A stretch of DNA of 39,634 nucleotides from a candidate division WOR-3 bacterium (GTDB lineage: Bacteria > Hydrothermota > Tepidihabitantia > Tepidihabitantales > Tepidihabitantaceae), in NCBI GenBank assembly GCA_030612625.1, contig JAUWNN010000002.1:1-39634 (forward strand), written 5' to 3'. Of the stretch, positions 27,686 through 37,687 are shown piece by piece. The translations under genes and the position numbers were made by a program. The notes beneath the pieces are model-generated. The model did no database searches, had not been told where the DNA came from, and saw only the letters and a list, made by a program, of their open reading frames with translations. Numbering within the stretch: position 1 is the first letter of the stretch; each line of letters opens with the position of its first letter.

Positions 27686-28810
27686 CTACTTGATTCTTAC
27701 GGCCGCAGCTTCGAGCGCCGGCTCAAGCAGCGAGAAGTCGTAGACCATCTCCTCAAACTCCTCCTGAGTCTTGTCCTTGAGCTTGTCCACAATCTTTCCC
27801 AGGCCCGCCATCTCCTGATACCAGACCCACATTCCGTTAAGGAAGGTCTCGTTCGGCTCAAGCCAATAACCGGAAGTGGCCATCGAAATCGACTCAACCT
27901 CAGGAGTGGTACCAATCCACTTGGCCACATACTCTACGGTCTGCTCCCGTTCCGTGTTGATATAGTGGGTGGAAACCACCATCAACTCCAGGAACTTCTG
28001 AATCACCTTGCCCTGCTTCTCAATCGCCGCTTCGGTCGCCGCAATGCAGCAGCAGGGATGGTTCTGGAAAACACCGGGTGGCAAATCGTGCAGTTCGCAC
28101 ACACAATGGCCCACGCCTTTGGCTTCGGCAAGTGCACACCACGGGTTGTTGGAAACATAGCAGTCAATCTGGTCGCTTGTCAGTCCCGGAATCAGATTCC
28201 TTTCACCTTTCATCAGGACAAACAGCACCTGGGCGTCGGTGTTCGCCTTATCACCGGTATGGGTGATACCCGCCTCGTCAAGGGCCCGCTGGAAGATAAG
28301 CTTGGCCACTGCGACCGGGTTCTTGTATCCGACTCTGACCTGCTGGTCCTGGGCATTGAGCCAAGCGACAAACTCCTCAAAAGAGTTCAGGTCAAGGTCT
28401 GGCTTGACCACCAGCATGTCGCCCTTGAAATGGAGCGGTGCGATAATCCTCATCGGCGCACCTTTATCCACGAAGAACGACACCGCGGCCACACCGCCAA
28501 GACCCACGTCAAACGCGCCCTGGCTCATCATCGTCGGCATCTTTGAACCGCCGCCGGCCTTGTACAGCTCAACTTCGGCAATCAGCTCATCGCCGTCGTA
28601 CAACTCATACAGGTCTTTGTAACGGACCTCCTTGAACCAGATGCCGTACAGCTCCTTGAAACTCTCGCCAGCCAGCGCGGCCACATAAGGTGCGCACTGA
28701 TGGTCATGGCCCACATGGCCCACTTTCAGAATCGGTACCTTGGCCGGCTGAGCATAGCCGATACTGACTATTGCCGCCGCCAGAACGACGGCAGATACTA
28801 TCCTCTGCAT
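27686..28810 (-). CDS. NitT/TauT family ABC substrate-binding protein
   Basis: RBS AAGGAGG before MQRIVSAVVLAAA; signal peptide; HPCCC motif. Confidence 0.85.
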   Translation of the reverse strand: MQRIVSAVVLAAAIVSIGYAQPAKVPILKVGHVGHDHQCAPYVAALAGESFKELYGIWFKEVRYKDLYELYDGDELIAEVELYKAGGGSKMPTMMSQGAFDVGLGGVAAVSFFVDKGAPMRIIAPLHFKGDMLVVKPDLDLNSFEEFVAWLNAQDQQVRVGYKNPVAVAKLIFQRALDEAGITHTGDKANTDAQVLFVLMKGERNLIPGLTSDQIDCYVSNNPWCALAEAKGVGHCVCELHDLPPGVFQNHPCCCIAATEAAIEKQGKVIQKFLELMVVSTHYINTEREQTVEYVAKWIGTTPEVESISMATSGYWLEPNETFLNGMWVWYQEMAGLGKIVDKLKDKTQEEFEEMVYDFSLLEPALEAAAVRIK

Positions 28811-28858
28811 GGTTCCTCCTTGGATTCTCCGGTCTGGGCCGGAATTTCTTATGGTATT

Positions 28859-29096
28859 GGGGCGACCGCCCCGGCAAGGCCCGTTCATGTCACGCACCTC
28901 GCCGGGGTAGGAAGTGAAACACAAAGGCACGAAGTGCACAAAGGAAGAGTCTGTCCGGAGAAATCTACTCCCTTAGTGTCTTCGTGTCTTTGTGGTAAAA
29001 CTCTGCCTGACTTGGCGTTCTTGGCGGTTGTTGGAAAGTCAGCTACGGGCAAACTGCCCGGAAAGTATCGGCTCAAGTCCGACACCTCCCGGTCAG
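28859..29096 (-). ncRNA. Candidate structured 5' leader (tandem hairpin motif), copy A
   Basis: Blocks 29011-29096 and 28859-28907 are conserved with copy B; G-U-containing stems form only on the minus strand; lies between a promoter and the ABC operon. Confidence 0.6.
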
Positions 29097-29127
29097 ATAG
29101 GCTCTTGAGGAAAGCGCCACTAACGGT

Positions 29128-29155
29128 AGGATACCACAAAAAAGGCTTCAGTCAA
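29128..29155 (-). promoter_or_regulatory. Promoter TTGACT-N16-TATCCT (TGn extended -10)
   Basis: Minus-strand hexamers at 29155-29150 and 29133-29128. Confidence 0.6.
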
Positions 29156-29234
29156 GAAGCTCGCCCAATCCTCTGTGCCTTGATGCCCCGCACGTTTTGG
29201 ATGTCAGAGCAGCCAGATTGACTACTAGGCCGCG

Positions 29235-29996
29235 CTAGGAGAGAGCCGCGCCCACGGCTGCCGCGAATAGAGGCATCTTGGCAATGTGGATTCGTTGGCC
29301 CAGGGCTGATTCCATCGCCAGTTGCATCCCTTTGTTCTGCGCGACGCCGCCCGTGAACACGACCTGTGGACGAACATCCAATGGTGCCATCATGTTTGCG
29401 ATGCGTCGCGCGAGTGCTTCGTGGAGTCCGGCAATGATGTCCTCCACCGGGGTGTCCGCCGCAACCAGGGACAATATCTCGGACTCGGCCATCACCACGC
29501 ACAGGCTCGATATCGCCACCGGCTTGCGCGACCTGAGCGCCAGCGGGCCGAACCGCTCGAGCGGCACCTGCAGCTTCTCGGCCAGCACCGCCAGGAAGTT
29601 GCCGGTGCCGGCCGCGCACCGGTCGTTCATCTTGAAATCGCTAACCCGGCCGCTCTCGTCCAGTACCACGACCTTGGAGTCCTGACCTCCGATGTCGATG
29701 ATTGCCCGGCATTCGGGGTGCCAGTGCCGGATCCCGAGCGCAGCCGCTTTGATCTCGGTGATGGATGCGTGGGCGAAGTCGACCGCATGCCGGGCATAGC
29801 CGGTTGCAACAAGCCTCCCGGCCCTGGACCTTTCGATCTCGGCTTCCTGCAAACAGGCTTCGTATGCGGCGTGCGCGGTCGCGCGCGGCTTGTAACCGGT
29901 AGGGCGAACATGGATGGCAACAGTCTCACCGGTATCGGTGTCTCGAATGGCAACCTTGGTGTTTATCGAGCCGACATCGATGCCAACTTTGAACAT
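29235..29996 (-). CDS. Acyl-CoA dehydratase activase (HgdC/BadF-BadG ASKHA ATPase)
   Basis: GIDVGSINTK, ATGYAR, IDIGGQDSK, MNDRCAAGTG, SLCVVMAESE, FTGGVA. Confidence 0.93.
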   Translation of the reverse strand: MFKVGIDVGSINTKVAIRDTDTGETVAIHVRPTGYKPRATAHAAYEACLQEAEIERSRAGRLVATGYARHAVDFAHASITEIKAAALGIRHWHPECRAIIDIGGQDSKVVVLDESGRVSDFKMNDRCAAGTGNFLAVLAEKLQVPLERFGPLALRSRKPVAISSLCVVMAESEILSLVAADTPVEDIIAGLHEALARRIANMMAPLDVRPQVVFTGGVAQNKGMQLAMESALGQRIHIAKMPLFAAAVGAALS

Positions 29997-29997
29997 G

Positions 29998-31080
29998 CTA
30001 CTTCCTCCGTCTTCCGTAGTCGGGATTGGACCCGGCTCTCTGGGCAGCGCGGACGAAAGCGGCAACGTTCTCTGCGGGCGTGGCCAGTGGAACCTCGCAG
30101 CCAGTCGAAGCGACGAATCCCATCGGGCAGTCGCGGTTCTCCATGACCATCCGCTCAGTTTCCCGTTCGATCGCCTCCGGTTCCGAAAGCCAGATTTCCG
30201 AGGTGTCAAAATTCCCGACGATGCGGACCTTTCTACCTACCTTGCTCACGACGTCGCCGAGATCGACGCGGTCGACGCTGATGAGGTCAGCATGAGTCTC
30301 GGGCATAGCCTCAATGATGCCGGCAGTGTCCCCGCAAATGTGGAGGATGACGTCGAGGTCGTAACGATGCCAGTAGTCAATAACTTCCCGTTCATAGGGT
30401 AAGGCAAAACCCTGATACTGGTCGGGTGATATGACGCTGCCGGAAGCGAGCGGGTCAACCAGCATTGGCAGCCCCCCTGCATTGATGACCGCGCGCGAGA
30501 ACGCAATGACTGACTCTGTGGCGTACTGGAGCAGACGGTGGACACGGTCCGGATCGAGCATCAGACCAAGCAGGAAGGTCTCTGTACCCACCAGATGCTG
30601 GGCGGTTGTGAACGGCGCCGGAATGTAGACGAGGACCGGAACCCTGTCCCCGCGAGCCTCGTATGCGTAGCGGATAGCCTCGAGATAGACATGGAGGCGT
30701 CCATCCTTTGACGGGTCAACGACGCGGCTATCAGGTTCCACCAGCTCGCTCCACTTTGGCCGTCTCAGCATCGGCAGGTCGTGCTCCGGGAACTCGAACT
30801 CAGACCCCAGTGCTTCGGCAACGATGCCTACTTCGGAGAAAATCGAGATAAAATCGTGGCCATACCGGTCCTGAGCCACGAGTTGCGCCCGGGCCATCGT
30901 TGCGCCATCGGTCACGTATTCCCGGAGCGGAACGCCCAGCACCTGCGCGGCGTGCGAGGTGATAAACGGGAAGACCGGCACTCTGTCCTGCTTTTCGTCA
31001 ATCACCAGGAGTCCGAACCGTTCGACGGAGGTCAACAGTTCCTTGTGCGGTCCGGAAGCGCCTGTTCCCTGCTCAGTCAC
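29998..31080 (-). CDS. Uroporphyrinogen decarboxylase/MtaA-CmuA family methyltransferase
   Basis: DRVPVFP, AEALG, PAPFT, DPLASG, ILHICG, GNFD, STGCEVP..TPAENV. Confidence 0.88.
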   Translation of the reverse strand: MTEQGTGASGPHKELLTSVERFGLLVIDEKQDRVPVFPFITSHAAQVLGVPLREYVTDGATMARAQLVAQDRYGHDFISIFSEVGIVAEALGSEFEFPEHDLPMLRRPKWSELVEPDSRVVDPSKDGRLHVYLEAIRYAYEARGDRVPVLVYIPAPFTTAQHLVGTETFLLGLMLDPDRVHRLLQYATESVIAFSRAVINAGGLPMLVDPLASGSVISPDQYQGFALPYEREVIDYWHRYDLDVILHICGDTAGIIEAMPETHADLISVDRVDLGDVVSKVGRKVRIVGNFDTSEIWLSEPEAIERETERMVMENRDCPMGFVASTGCEVPLATPAENVAAFVRAAQRAGSNPDYGRRRK

Positions 31081-32528
31081 CTTCGCTCCGTCAGCATCTC
31101 CAGAAACGCATCAATTCTGGTACGTATCTGCCGGCTGATTTCCTTTCCGTGCGGCGGCACGTCAAACTCGAGCACGGGCAGGTCGAGTTCCGCCTTGATG
31201 TACTCCGCGATAAGCCGTGATTCCATGGCGCAATGAGAACCACCGAGGATACCGGAGACGATAACCCCTTCAGCGTCATAGCGCCGCGCTTGGTGTATGG
31301 CAGAAGCGACCCGCTGCCGGGTCGAGCCGGTCAGCGACGCGGCCATGAACGATTCTGCGACGGCTTCAAGCGGTGGCTTGTTCTCGTCAAGAATCTCGAG
31401 GGACTGGTTGATGACATACTCGGTACCGACAACCCTCGCTCCCTGGTCTTCCAGGTAGCAGAGGAAAAGCGGGTCAGCGGGTGGTGTTATCCACACAACC
31501 CGCAGCGCATCTTCGGCCACCACGCGTTCCCTCCGTGCAGCCCGCGTTTCCGCGGTCGCGAGCAGGTGCTCAAGCACCTCGGGCCATTCGTCGATGTCCG
31601 AGTAGTGATGCAGGCATCCAAACTCGACCATCATCATCTCTACGGCAGGCAGAACTCCATCTCCGTAGGCAAGCTCGCGCAATAACTTGGTCAGTCTTCT
31701 GACCCGGTTGGCCTTGCGCACCCCGTTCCGCAGTTCCTGCTCGGTAATAGTGTAACCAGCGAACCTTTCGAGTCGGACGAGGACCCGTTCATACTCCTTG
31801 ACCAGGAAGCGAAGCGTGCCCGGGTCGTACTCGGTCTGGGAGTCAAACGTGCGTTCCTTCGCACCGGCGCAATGATAACAGTTAAGCGTCTCTCGGCGCA
31901 TGGGGGACTCTACCCACAGCACCTCAGTGGCGAATCGTTCCGCAAGCTGTTCGACCCCAGAGAAGTCGTCGCAGGAAACGCCGGTTGAAGCGATGGCTAA
32001 CTCGGGGTCTGGGAAGTAGGCGTGCTTGGCAAAGGCACCCAGCGCGGCCCGGGAGAAGCAGGCGGCGTCACCGATGCCCAGCTCAGCCGCGGCATCAAGC
32101 AACACGTTGCTCTCCATGACGAACGGCATCCACCAGATGCAGTCCGGATAGAACGCAACCAGTCCTGGAAACGAGTTGACAATCACCGGCACCGCGCCGA
32201 GGTCACCCATTGTGGCGATGACCTTCCGGCCGAGCTGACGGGCGCGGAAAAGCCGCTCAGTCTCATTCTGGACAAAGCCCCAGAGCCTCAGTGCGGCCAG
32301 CGAGTTGTCGTACTTCAGTCGCATCAGATGCCGGCAGCCGTAGATGGCAAAAGTCTGGGGCGGAAACATGTATGCCGACCACGGCCTCAGCCCATCACGT
32401 TCCTCTTGGTCCCTTCTGTAGTAGTGATAGCGGTCGAGCAGGTCGGTCGGGACTCGCTCGAACAGTCTGGCCCACTCGTCAAAGGTGATACGTTGGGCCG
32501 GAGGGTCTTGCCAGACACCTGCTATCAC
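31077..32528 (-). CDS. 2-hydroxyacyl-CoA dehydratase family subunit (HgdA/B, FldB/C-like)
   Basis: GTG start coupled to the upstream TGA; ACFSRA, GVSCDD, LPVLEFD...QIRTRIDAFLEML. Confidence 0.82.
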   Translation of the reverse strand: MIAGVWQDPPAQRITFDEWARLFERVPTDLLDRYHYYRRDQEERDGLRPWSAYMFPPQTFAIYGCRHLMRLKYDNSLAALRLWGFVQNETERLFRARQLGRKVIATMGDLGAVPVIVNSFPGLVAFYPDCIWWMPFVMESNVLLDAAAELGIGDAACFSRAALGAFAKHAYFPDPELAIASTGVSCDDFSGVEQLAERFATEVLWVESPMRRETLNCYHCAGAKERTFDSQTEYDPGTLRFLVKEYERVLVRLERFAGYTITEQELRNGVRKANRVRRLTKLLRELAYGDGVLPAVEMMMVEFGCLHHYSDIDEWPEVLEHLLATAETRAARRERVVAEDALRVVWITPPADPLFLCYLEDQGARVVGTEYVINQSLEILDENKPPLEAVAESFMAASLTGSTRQRVASAIHQARRYDAEGVIVSGILGGSHCAMESRLIAEYIKAELDLPVLEFDVPPHGKEISRQIRTRIDAFLEMLTERR

Positions 32529-33658
32529 AGGTTCTCCAGGAATGCCTCGACCCGGGTACGGAGTTGCTCCCGGTTCTCGGTCGAGTAGTTGCCGTCGATA
32601 TGAAGCATCGGGATACCGATTTCCTTGCGCAGCCGGACCGCCTCGAAGTTCCAAGGGTCACAGTAAAGCAGAGTCTTGTAGACCAGACCATGGACCCTGA
32701 ATTCCTCGACCCGGCGCTGGGCATTGGCATACACCTCATCATTGGGCCTCCGTGTCATGCACGGACTTCGCGTGAAGTAGAAGTTCGTGAGGTTGTCCAT
32801 CGCGTCACCCTCGGTGTTGCAATCGTCTGCGAACCAGCGGGTACCTTCACTCAAGAGGTCGGTGACGATGTCGGCCTTCTGCTCAATGGTTTCGACAAGC
32901 CACCGGTCCTGCTCAGCAACTTCACTGCCCCCGAGCATCAGTCTGGAGCGGTTGCTGCTTCGCGGCCTGCTTCCTGCTTTCAACTCCACATCTGCCGCGA
33001 ACTGCGCGAAGCGTTTGCCGTCCAGAATCGTTGCTAGTGTCACGAGGTTCAGGACATCGGATTCGGTGAGGGCAGGGCCGTCGTGCTTGCGCCGGTCGTC
33101 AAGTGTGCGCAGCAAACCCCGGACATGGTTGCTGCTTCTGACCTCCGGGGTGAGTCGTTCCCGCTCGAACTCCTGCCCGGTGAATGCCGCCAGTTCTGCT
33201 GCCAGCCACTCGAGCTGGCGCTTGAACTCAGTCAGCCGGTGCGGCAACGGCTCCGACGTGCGGGGCATGTATAGCTCGAACACCGGCAGATTGAAATAAC
33301 GATGGATCGATTCGGGCAGCCGGTGCAGCAGGTCGCAGGTATTCACCCCGACGATCGCATCCACCAGTGCGTACAACGAGTCAGCCGCACGCTCAGAGCG
33401 AGCCATGTCGAAGTTGCCCATTGTGCTCAGGCAGACCGGACAGGCGTCAGAACGCAGATAGCGCTCACCTCTGACCTCGGCATCGTACCCGCCTCGCATC
33501 AGGCGCACCGGAATCGCACCCGCGACCCGGATGATTTCCACTGGAGCATAGTATGAGAAGTAGCCGATAACCTTTATGCCGGCACGGCGGAAGTCTTGCA
33601 GTTCCGCGATCCGCTCGACACGGAATTCCTCTACCCGTTCTCTGGGAATCAGCGCCAT
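32525..33658 (-). CDS. 2-hydroxyacyl-CoA dehydratase family subunit
   Basis: KVIGYFSYYAPVEII..AGAIPVRL, ACPVC, NTCD, LYCDPW, QLRTRVEAFLE. Confidence 0.9.
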   Translation of the reverse strand: MALIPRERVEEFRVERIAELQDFRRAGIKVIGYFSYYAPVEIIRVAGAIPVRLMRGGYDAEVRGERYLRSDACPVCLSTMGNFDMARSERAADSLYALVDAIVGVNTCDLLHRLPESIHRYFNLPVFELYMPRTSEPLPHRLTEFKRQLEWLAAELAAFTGQEFERERLTPEVRSSNHVRGLLRTLDDRRKHDGPALTESDVLNLVTLATILDGKRFAQFAADVELKAGSRPRSSNRSRLMLGGSEVAEQDRWLVETIEQKADIVTDLLSEGTRWFADDCNTEGDAMDNLTNFYFTRSPCMTRRPNDEVYANAQRRVEEFRVHGLVYKTLLYCDPWNFEAVRLRKEIGIPMLHIDGNYSTENREQLRTRVEAFLENL

Positions 33659-35058
33659 TCAGCCAGTCTCATGGATTCAACGAATGCGTCCTCGAAGTCA
33701 CTGTGACTGCTCAGTACAACCTCGCGGCAAATGCCGGCGACCTGCTCGGCTTCAATCCTCTTGCTGCGGTCAAGACTGGCAAGGACTGCGCCACGCAGGG
33801 CAAGGTTGGAATGCCGGCGGACTGAGTTCAGCGGAACTTCAGGCAGGAGCCCGATCCGGACAGCGGCCTGTGGGTCAATCGCAGCTCCGAACTTACCGGT
33901 CAGGTAGACCCTTCCAATGTCTGCCGGCCGCTTCCCGGCAGAAACGAGCAGGAGTTTGATACCGGAGGCAAGAGCGGCCTTGGCGAGCTGGACCTCACGG
34001 ATGTCAGCCTGGGACAGGTAGACTTCCCGTGCAGAGCTGTGAGCGAGGACCAGCCTTTCCCCGCTGCTGATGCGGCCGTCAGGCCGCAGCCGTCCCGATT
34101 CAAGAGCAGCCGACACTGCGGACAGAACTCCTGAGCCGCATATCGATTGGGCCGGCCTATTCCCGATTGTCTCCACCTGAAATCCGTTTCGGGCAGGTCG
34201 GACGGTGCGCACTGCGCCCGGGCAGGCAAGGGAACCGCATTCCAATGTCGCGCCCTCGAACGCCGGCCCGGCCGCCGTCGAACAGACGAGAATCCTCTCG
34301 CGGTTCCCAAACACCACCTCGCCGTTGGTACCGGCATCGACCAGCAGGCCCAGACCGCGGGCCCGGTGGATGCCCGATGCCAGGATTGCAGCGGTGCAGT
34401 CCGCTCCCACGAAACTGCCGAGCAGAGGCGGCACCCGGACTCGGAGCGAAGGCTGCAGCGCGGTCCGGCCCGACACCGCCCGGCCCAGCGGGACCCGTGA
34501 GCGGTATGGGTACCTCCCGAGCCCGGCCGGGCTCAGACCGAGCAGGAAGTGAACCATGGTCGTGTTGCCGACCACGACAGCGGCGCGGCGGCGCGAAACC
34601 CCGGCGCGACGCATGAACTCGAGTACCGGTTCGAGCGCCCGGACCCGCCGCACCTGCCGGGCTCGGGAAATCCTCGTCATCACGTCGGAGCCGAACACCA
34701 CCTGCGGGTTAAGTACATCGCGGCGGCTTCGCACCCGACGCCGTTTGAGATCGACCGCAGCCATCGAGATGGTCGTCGTGCCGAAATCAACCGCCAGGAC
34801 CAGGTCGGGGTCGACCCTGCGGGGTTCGATGCTCGGTCGTCTGGTAGCCGGGGATTCTCCAAGCTCGACCCGCACGGCTCCTTCGGGAATGAACTGACAG
34901 GCAAGCACGTACCGGGACCCGGACCCATCACGCACCCTGACCCGGCATTTGCCGCACATCCCATGCCCGCCGCAGTCGGACCGGACCGCTACCCCCTGCT
35001 GCCGCAGCAACGCAAGCAGGCTGCGCCTGCCGTGGGGCTTGACCTCGTTCGTTGTCAT
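33649..35058 (-). CDS. ASKHA/RACo-type reductive activator of corrinoid proteins with N-terminal 2Fe-2S domain
   Basis: CGGHGMCGKC...LAC; DFGTTT; NPQVVFGSDVMTRI; DAGTNGE; STAAGPAFEG; SICGSG; DIREVQLAKAA. Confidence 0.9.
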   Translation of the reverse strand: MTTNEVKPHGRRSLLALLRQQGVAVRSDCGGHGMCGKCRVRVRDGSGSRYVLACQFIPEGAVRVELGESPATRRPSIEPRRVDPDLVLAVDFGTTTISMAAVDLKRRRVRSRRDVLNPQVVFGSDVMTRISRARQVRRVRALEPVLEFMRRAGVSRRRAAVVVGNTTMVHFLLGLSPAGLGRYPYRSRVPLGRAVSGRTALQPSLRVRVPPLLGSFVGADCTAAILASGIHRARGLGLLVDAGTNGEVVFGNRERILVCSTAAGPAFEGATLECGSLACPGAVRTVRPARNGFQVETIGNRPAQSICGSGVLSAVSAALESGRLRPDGRISSGERLVLAHSSAREVYLSQADIREVQLAKAALASGIKLLLVSAGKRPADIGRVYLTGKFGAAIDPQAAVRIGLLPEVPLNSVRRHSNLALRGAVLASLDRSKRIEAEQVAGICREVVLSSHSDFEDAFVESMRLAEWR

Positions 35059-35065
35059 CCGGGAA

Positions 35066-36058
35066 TCAACTTCGGGCGGCATCGACGATCGCCTGAACGT
35101 TCTCGGGCGGTGAGCCGGCCGGGACATCGCAGGCGGTAGACAGGATGAACCTCGGTCCGGCGTCGGCCAGGCACTGCCGCGCCGCCTCCCCGACCTCGCC
35201 AGGTGTGCCGCCTTGCACGAGTTGCGTCGAGACATTCCCCATCAGGATGACTTCCGGACCCAGCCTCCGGCGGGCCTCGGCGAGGTCGATATCGTCCACG
35301 CTCAGTACATCCGCGCCGGTAGCGGCCATGTCGGTGATGATGTCCATCGCGTCGCCGCAGATGTGAAGACCGGCCCAGCACCCGTGGGCGTGAATCTCAT
35401 CCACCAGCCTGGCCAGGTACGGAAGGGCAAGGTCACGGAAAACCTGCGGACTGATGAGCGATCCCGACGCCACCGGGTCGCCGATGAACGGGATGCCCCC
35501 GGCCCGGACGATTGCCGCGATGTATCGGGTCTGGTTCGCGTGCGCCAGGTCGAGATACCGACGAACTGTACCAGGTTCATCCAGGACCGCGCCCAGGAAT
35601 CGTTCCATGCCGGCCAGAAAGGAGGCGAGCGTGAACGTACCCTTGATCGACGTCACGAGCGGCACCCTGTCGCCGAGCAACTCCTTGAGCATCCGCGTCG
35701 CCGCCAGCATCATCGGCAGCCGTCCGTCGCATTCGGGGTCAGCCGACTGCAGGCCGGCGTCGTCCGGCGGCTCGACCAGGAACGCGTTGTCGTTCTCCTG
35801 GAACTCGACCACGGCCCCCATCGCCTCGGCCTCGACCACGGTATCGGCAAAAACCATAACCATGTCGTACCGATATCGCTGCCAGGCGGCATGCAGAACC
35901 CGGGCCAGCGTTTCCGCATCGGTCGCCGCCTCGCCCACTTTGACTCTCGCCAGCCGGGCCGCGTGGTCCGCGACAACCATCGGGAACACAACCCGGTCTT
36001 CAGGCGGATTTCCGGCCAGGAGTGCGGCCACTCTGGCTGAAGCCGGTTCCACGGTCAA
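35066..36058 (-). CDS. Second UROD/MtaA-CmuA family methyltransferase
   Basis: EAEAMG, KGTFT, DPVASG, GLHICG, MGNV, FILSTACDVP..SPPENV. Confidence 0.88.
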   Translation of the reverse strand: MTVEPASARVAALLAGNPPEDRVVFPMVVADHAARLARVKVGEAATDAETLARVLHAAWQRYRYDMVMVFADTVVEAEAMGAVVEFQENDNAFLVEPPDDAGLQSADPECDGRLPMMLAATRMLKELLGDRVPLVTSIKGTFTLASFLAGMERFLGAVLDEPGTVRRYLDLAHANQTRYIAAIVRAGGIPFIGDPVASGSLISPQVFRDLALPYLARLVDEIHAHGCWAGLHICGDAMDIITDMAATGADVLSVDDIDLAEARRRLGPEVILMGNVSTQLVQGGTPGEVGEAARQCLADAGPRFILSTACDVPAGSPPENVQAIVDAARS

Positions 36059-36699
36059 CTCGCGCTGAGCAGTTCTTCAATTGCCTGGACCGCAGAATGT
36101 GCGTTTGGAGCCCAGGTATCGGCACCGATTCTCTCGGCAAACATGGCGTTGACCGGCGCGCCGCCGATCACCACCCTTGTCTGCGGTCTCAACCCCCTGC
36201 GGTCAAGCGCCTTCACCACATCGGCCATTCTCGGCATGGTGGTGGTCATCAGCGAAGAGATGCCCACCAGCTCCACTCCCTGGTCAGCCGCGCGCACAAA
36301 CTCCGCAACCGGCACATTCCTGCCCAGATCCACAACCTCAAAGCCTGCCGCCTCCACCATCACCTTCACGATATTCTTACCAATGTCATGGATGTCACCC
36401 CTGACTACACCCAGGGCAACCCTGCCCTTTCGCTTCGGCTCATCTCCCAGCGCCTGGCGCAGGATGTCGAACCCGGCATACATCGCCTTTGAAGCCAGAA
36501 GCACTTCGGGCACGAAGTATACCTTGGAAGCGTATTTCTCACCAACCAGCCTCATCCCCGCAGCCAGACCCTCGGTGATGGCCTTGTCCGGAGACAGCTT
36601 GCGCTCAAGCACCTGCCGGGCCAGGTTCGCTACCCGGTCCGGTTTCATGGCTGCAACCGCTTCGGCCAGCAATGCGAACAGGTCTCCGGGGTCAGTCAT
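36055..36699 (-). CDS. Corrinoid (B12-binding) methyltransferase cognate protein
   Basis: YFVPEVL cap; GDIHDIGKNIV; DLGRNVP; SSLMTTT; IGGAP. Confidence 0.95.
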   Translation of the reverse strand: MTDPGDLFALLAEAVAAMKPDRVANLARQVLERKLSPDKAITEGLAAGMRLVGEKYASKVYFVPEVLLASKAMYAGFDILRQALGDEPKRKGRVALGVVRGDIHDIGKNIVKVMVEAAGFEVVDLGRNVPVAEFVRAADQGVELVGISSLMTTTMPRMADVVKALDRRGLRPQTRVVIGGAPVNAMFAERIGADTWAPNAHSAVQAIEELLSAS

Positions 36700-36736
36700 G
36701 TCTCCCGTTCCGTGCGGGTGCGCGATACCGGGACCG

Positions 36737-36769
36737 GAAGGCGGGCGCAGTCGAAGAGCGCCCGCCTTC
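36737..36769. terminator. 12-bp GC hairpin between methyltransferase and corrinoid genes (processing, stability or attenuation)
   Basis: GAAGGCGGGCGC-N9-GCGCCCGCCTTC; no clear U-tract. Confidence 0.4.
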
Positions 36770-36780
36770 TACGGCTCGGC

Positions 36781-37572
36781 TTACTTCTGGGCGATGTAGA
36801 ATCCGCGTCCGACCTTGTGAGCATGGGCTGCGTCGCGCCACATGTTGACCAGGTTGGTAGCAAACCCGAACAACTCCTCGCCGAAGTTCTCGATGATGGT
36901 CGGTTTCAGTTCAACCTCGACCTTCTGCTTGTAAGCGTCGAAGCACTTCGCGTAGTCCTCGGTCTGGTCCTTGGCGTCCAGTATCTTGAATCCCGCCTTC
37001 TTGAGCGCCTCCTGCCAGCCTTGGAAAGTCTCCATGTGTGGGAAAGACATCGACTCGTACAGCTTGGCGAGCAGGTCCTCCTCGACCTCGCCGGTGATGA
37101 TCCAGTCCGTGAACCCGAGCTTGCCGCCCGGCTTCAGGACCCGGAAGCACTCACGGGCCAGAAGGTACTTGTCGGTGACATAGCACCAGGCGTCCTGGCC
37201 CCAGACGATGTCGAAGGTGTCCTTCTTGAAGGGCATGTCCATCGCGTTGCCTTCGACAAAGGTGATGAGGTTGTCGAGGCCCGCATCCTTGGTGCGCTGG
37301 ATTGCCTTTTCGAGCATCGTCTTGGTGAAGTCAAGGCCAGTGACTTTGACCCTGTACTTCTTGGCGATGTGACGGGCCGGCGCGCCCAGGGCGCTGCACA
37401 CATCAAGCACGTGCATGCCGGGTTTGAGGCCGACCGCCATTGCCAGCGCGTCGGTTGCTTCCTCGCGGCCGGAGTGAATCTGCTCGGACATCACCGCTTC
37501 CCAGAGCAGTCCGCCGGGTCCGTCGTACACCTCCTGGACGTCCTTCATCGTATAGTCGTACCGCTTTGGCAT
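36781..37572 (-). CDS. Class I SAM-dependent methyltransferase (N-methyltransferase-like)
   Basis: RBS GGAGG; VLDVCSALGAP, VTGLD, GNAMDMPF, FDIVW, RVLKPGG. Confidence 0.9.
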   Translation of the reverse strand: MPKRYDYTMKDVQEVYDGPGGLLWEAVMSEQIHSGREEATDALAMAVGLKPGMHVLDVCSALGAPARHIAKKYRVKVTGLDFTKTMLEKAIQRTKDAGLDNLITFVEGNAMDMPFKKDTFDIVWGQDAWCYVTDKYLLARECFRVLKPGGKLGFTDWIITGEVEEDLLAKLYESMSFPHMETFQGWQEALKKAGFKILDAKDQTEDYAKCFDAYKQKVEVELKPTIIENFGEELFGFATNLVNMWRDAAHAHKVGRGFYIAQK

Positions 37573-37687
37573 TCTACCTCCTGTGTTTTGGGTTTTGTGT
37601 TGGCAGGCCGGCAGCGCCCCCGCGGGACCGACCATCCTTGTCCGTGGCGAGCATCCGCCCGCCGGTTGTTCTTACTGAGAAAGGATC

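Noticed and set aside
28859-29096. Leader as a cobalamin, Moco or guanidine-III riboswitch
   Set aside because: No B12-box elements; Moco-like words are on the wrong strand and in the wrong order; only CCGG-CGAGGUGCG resembles guanidine-III and its 3' pseudoknot half is absent.
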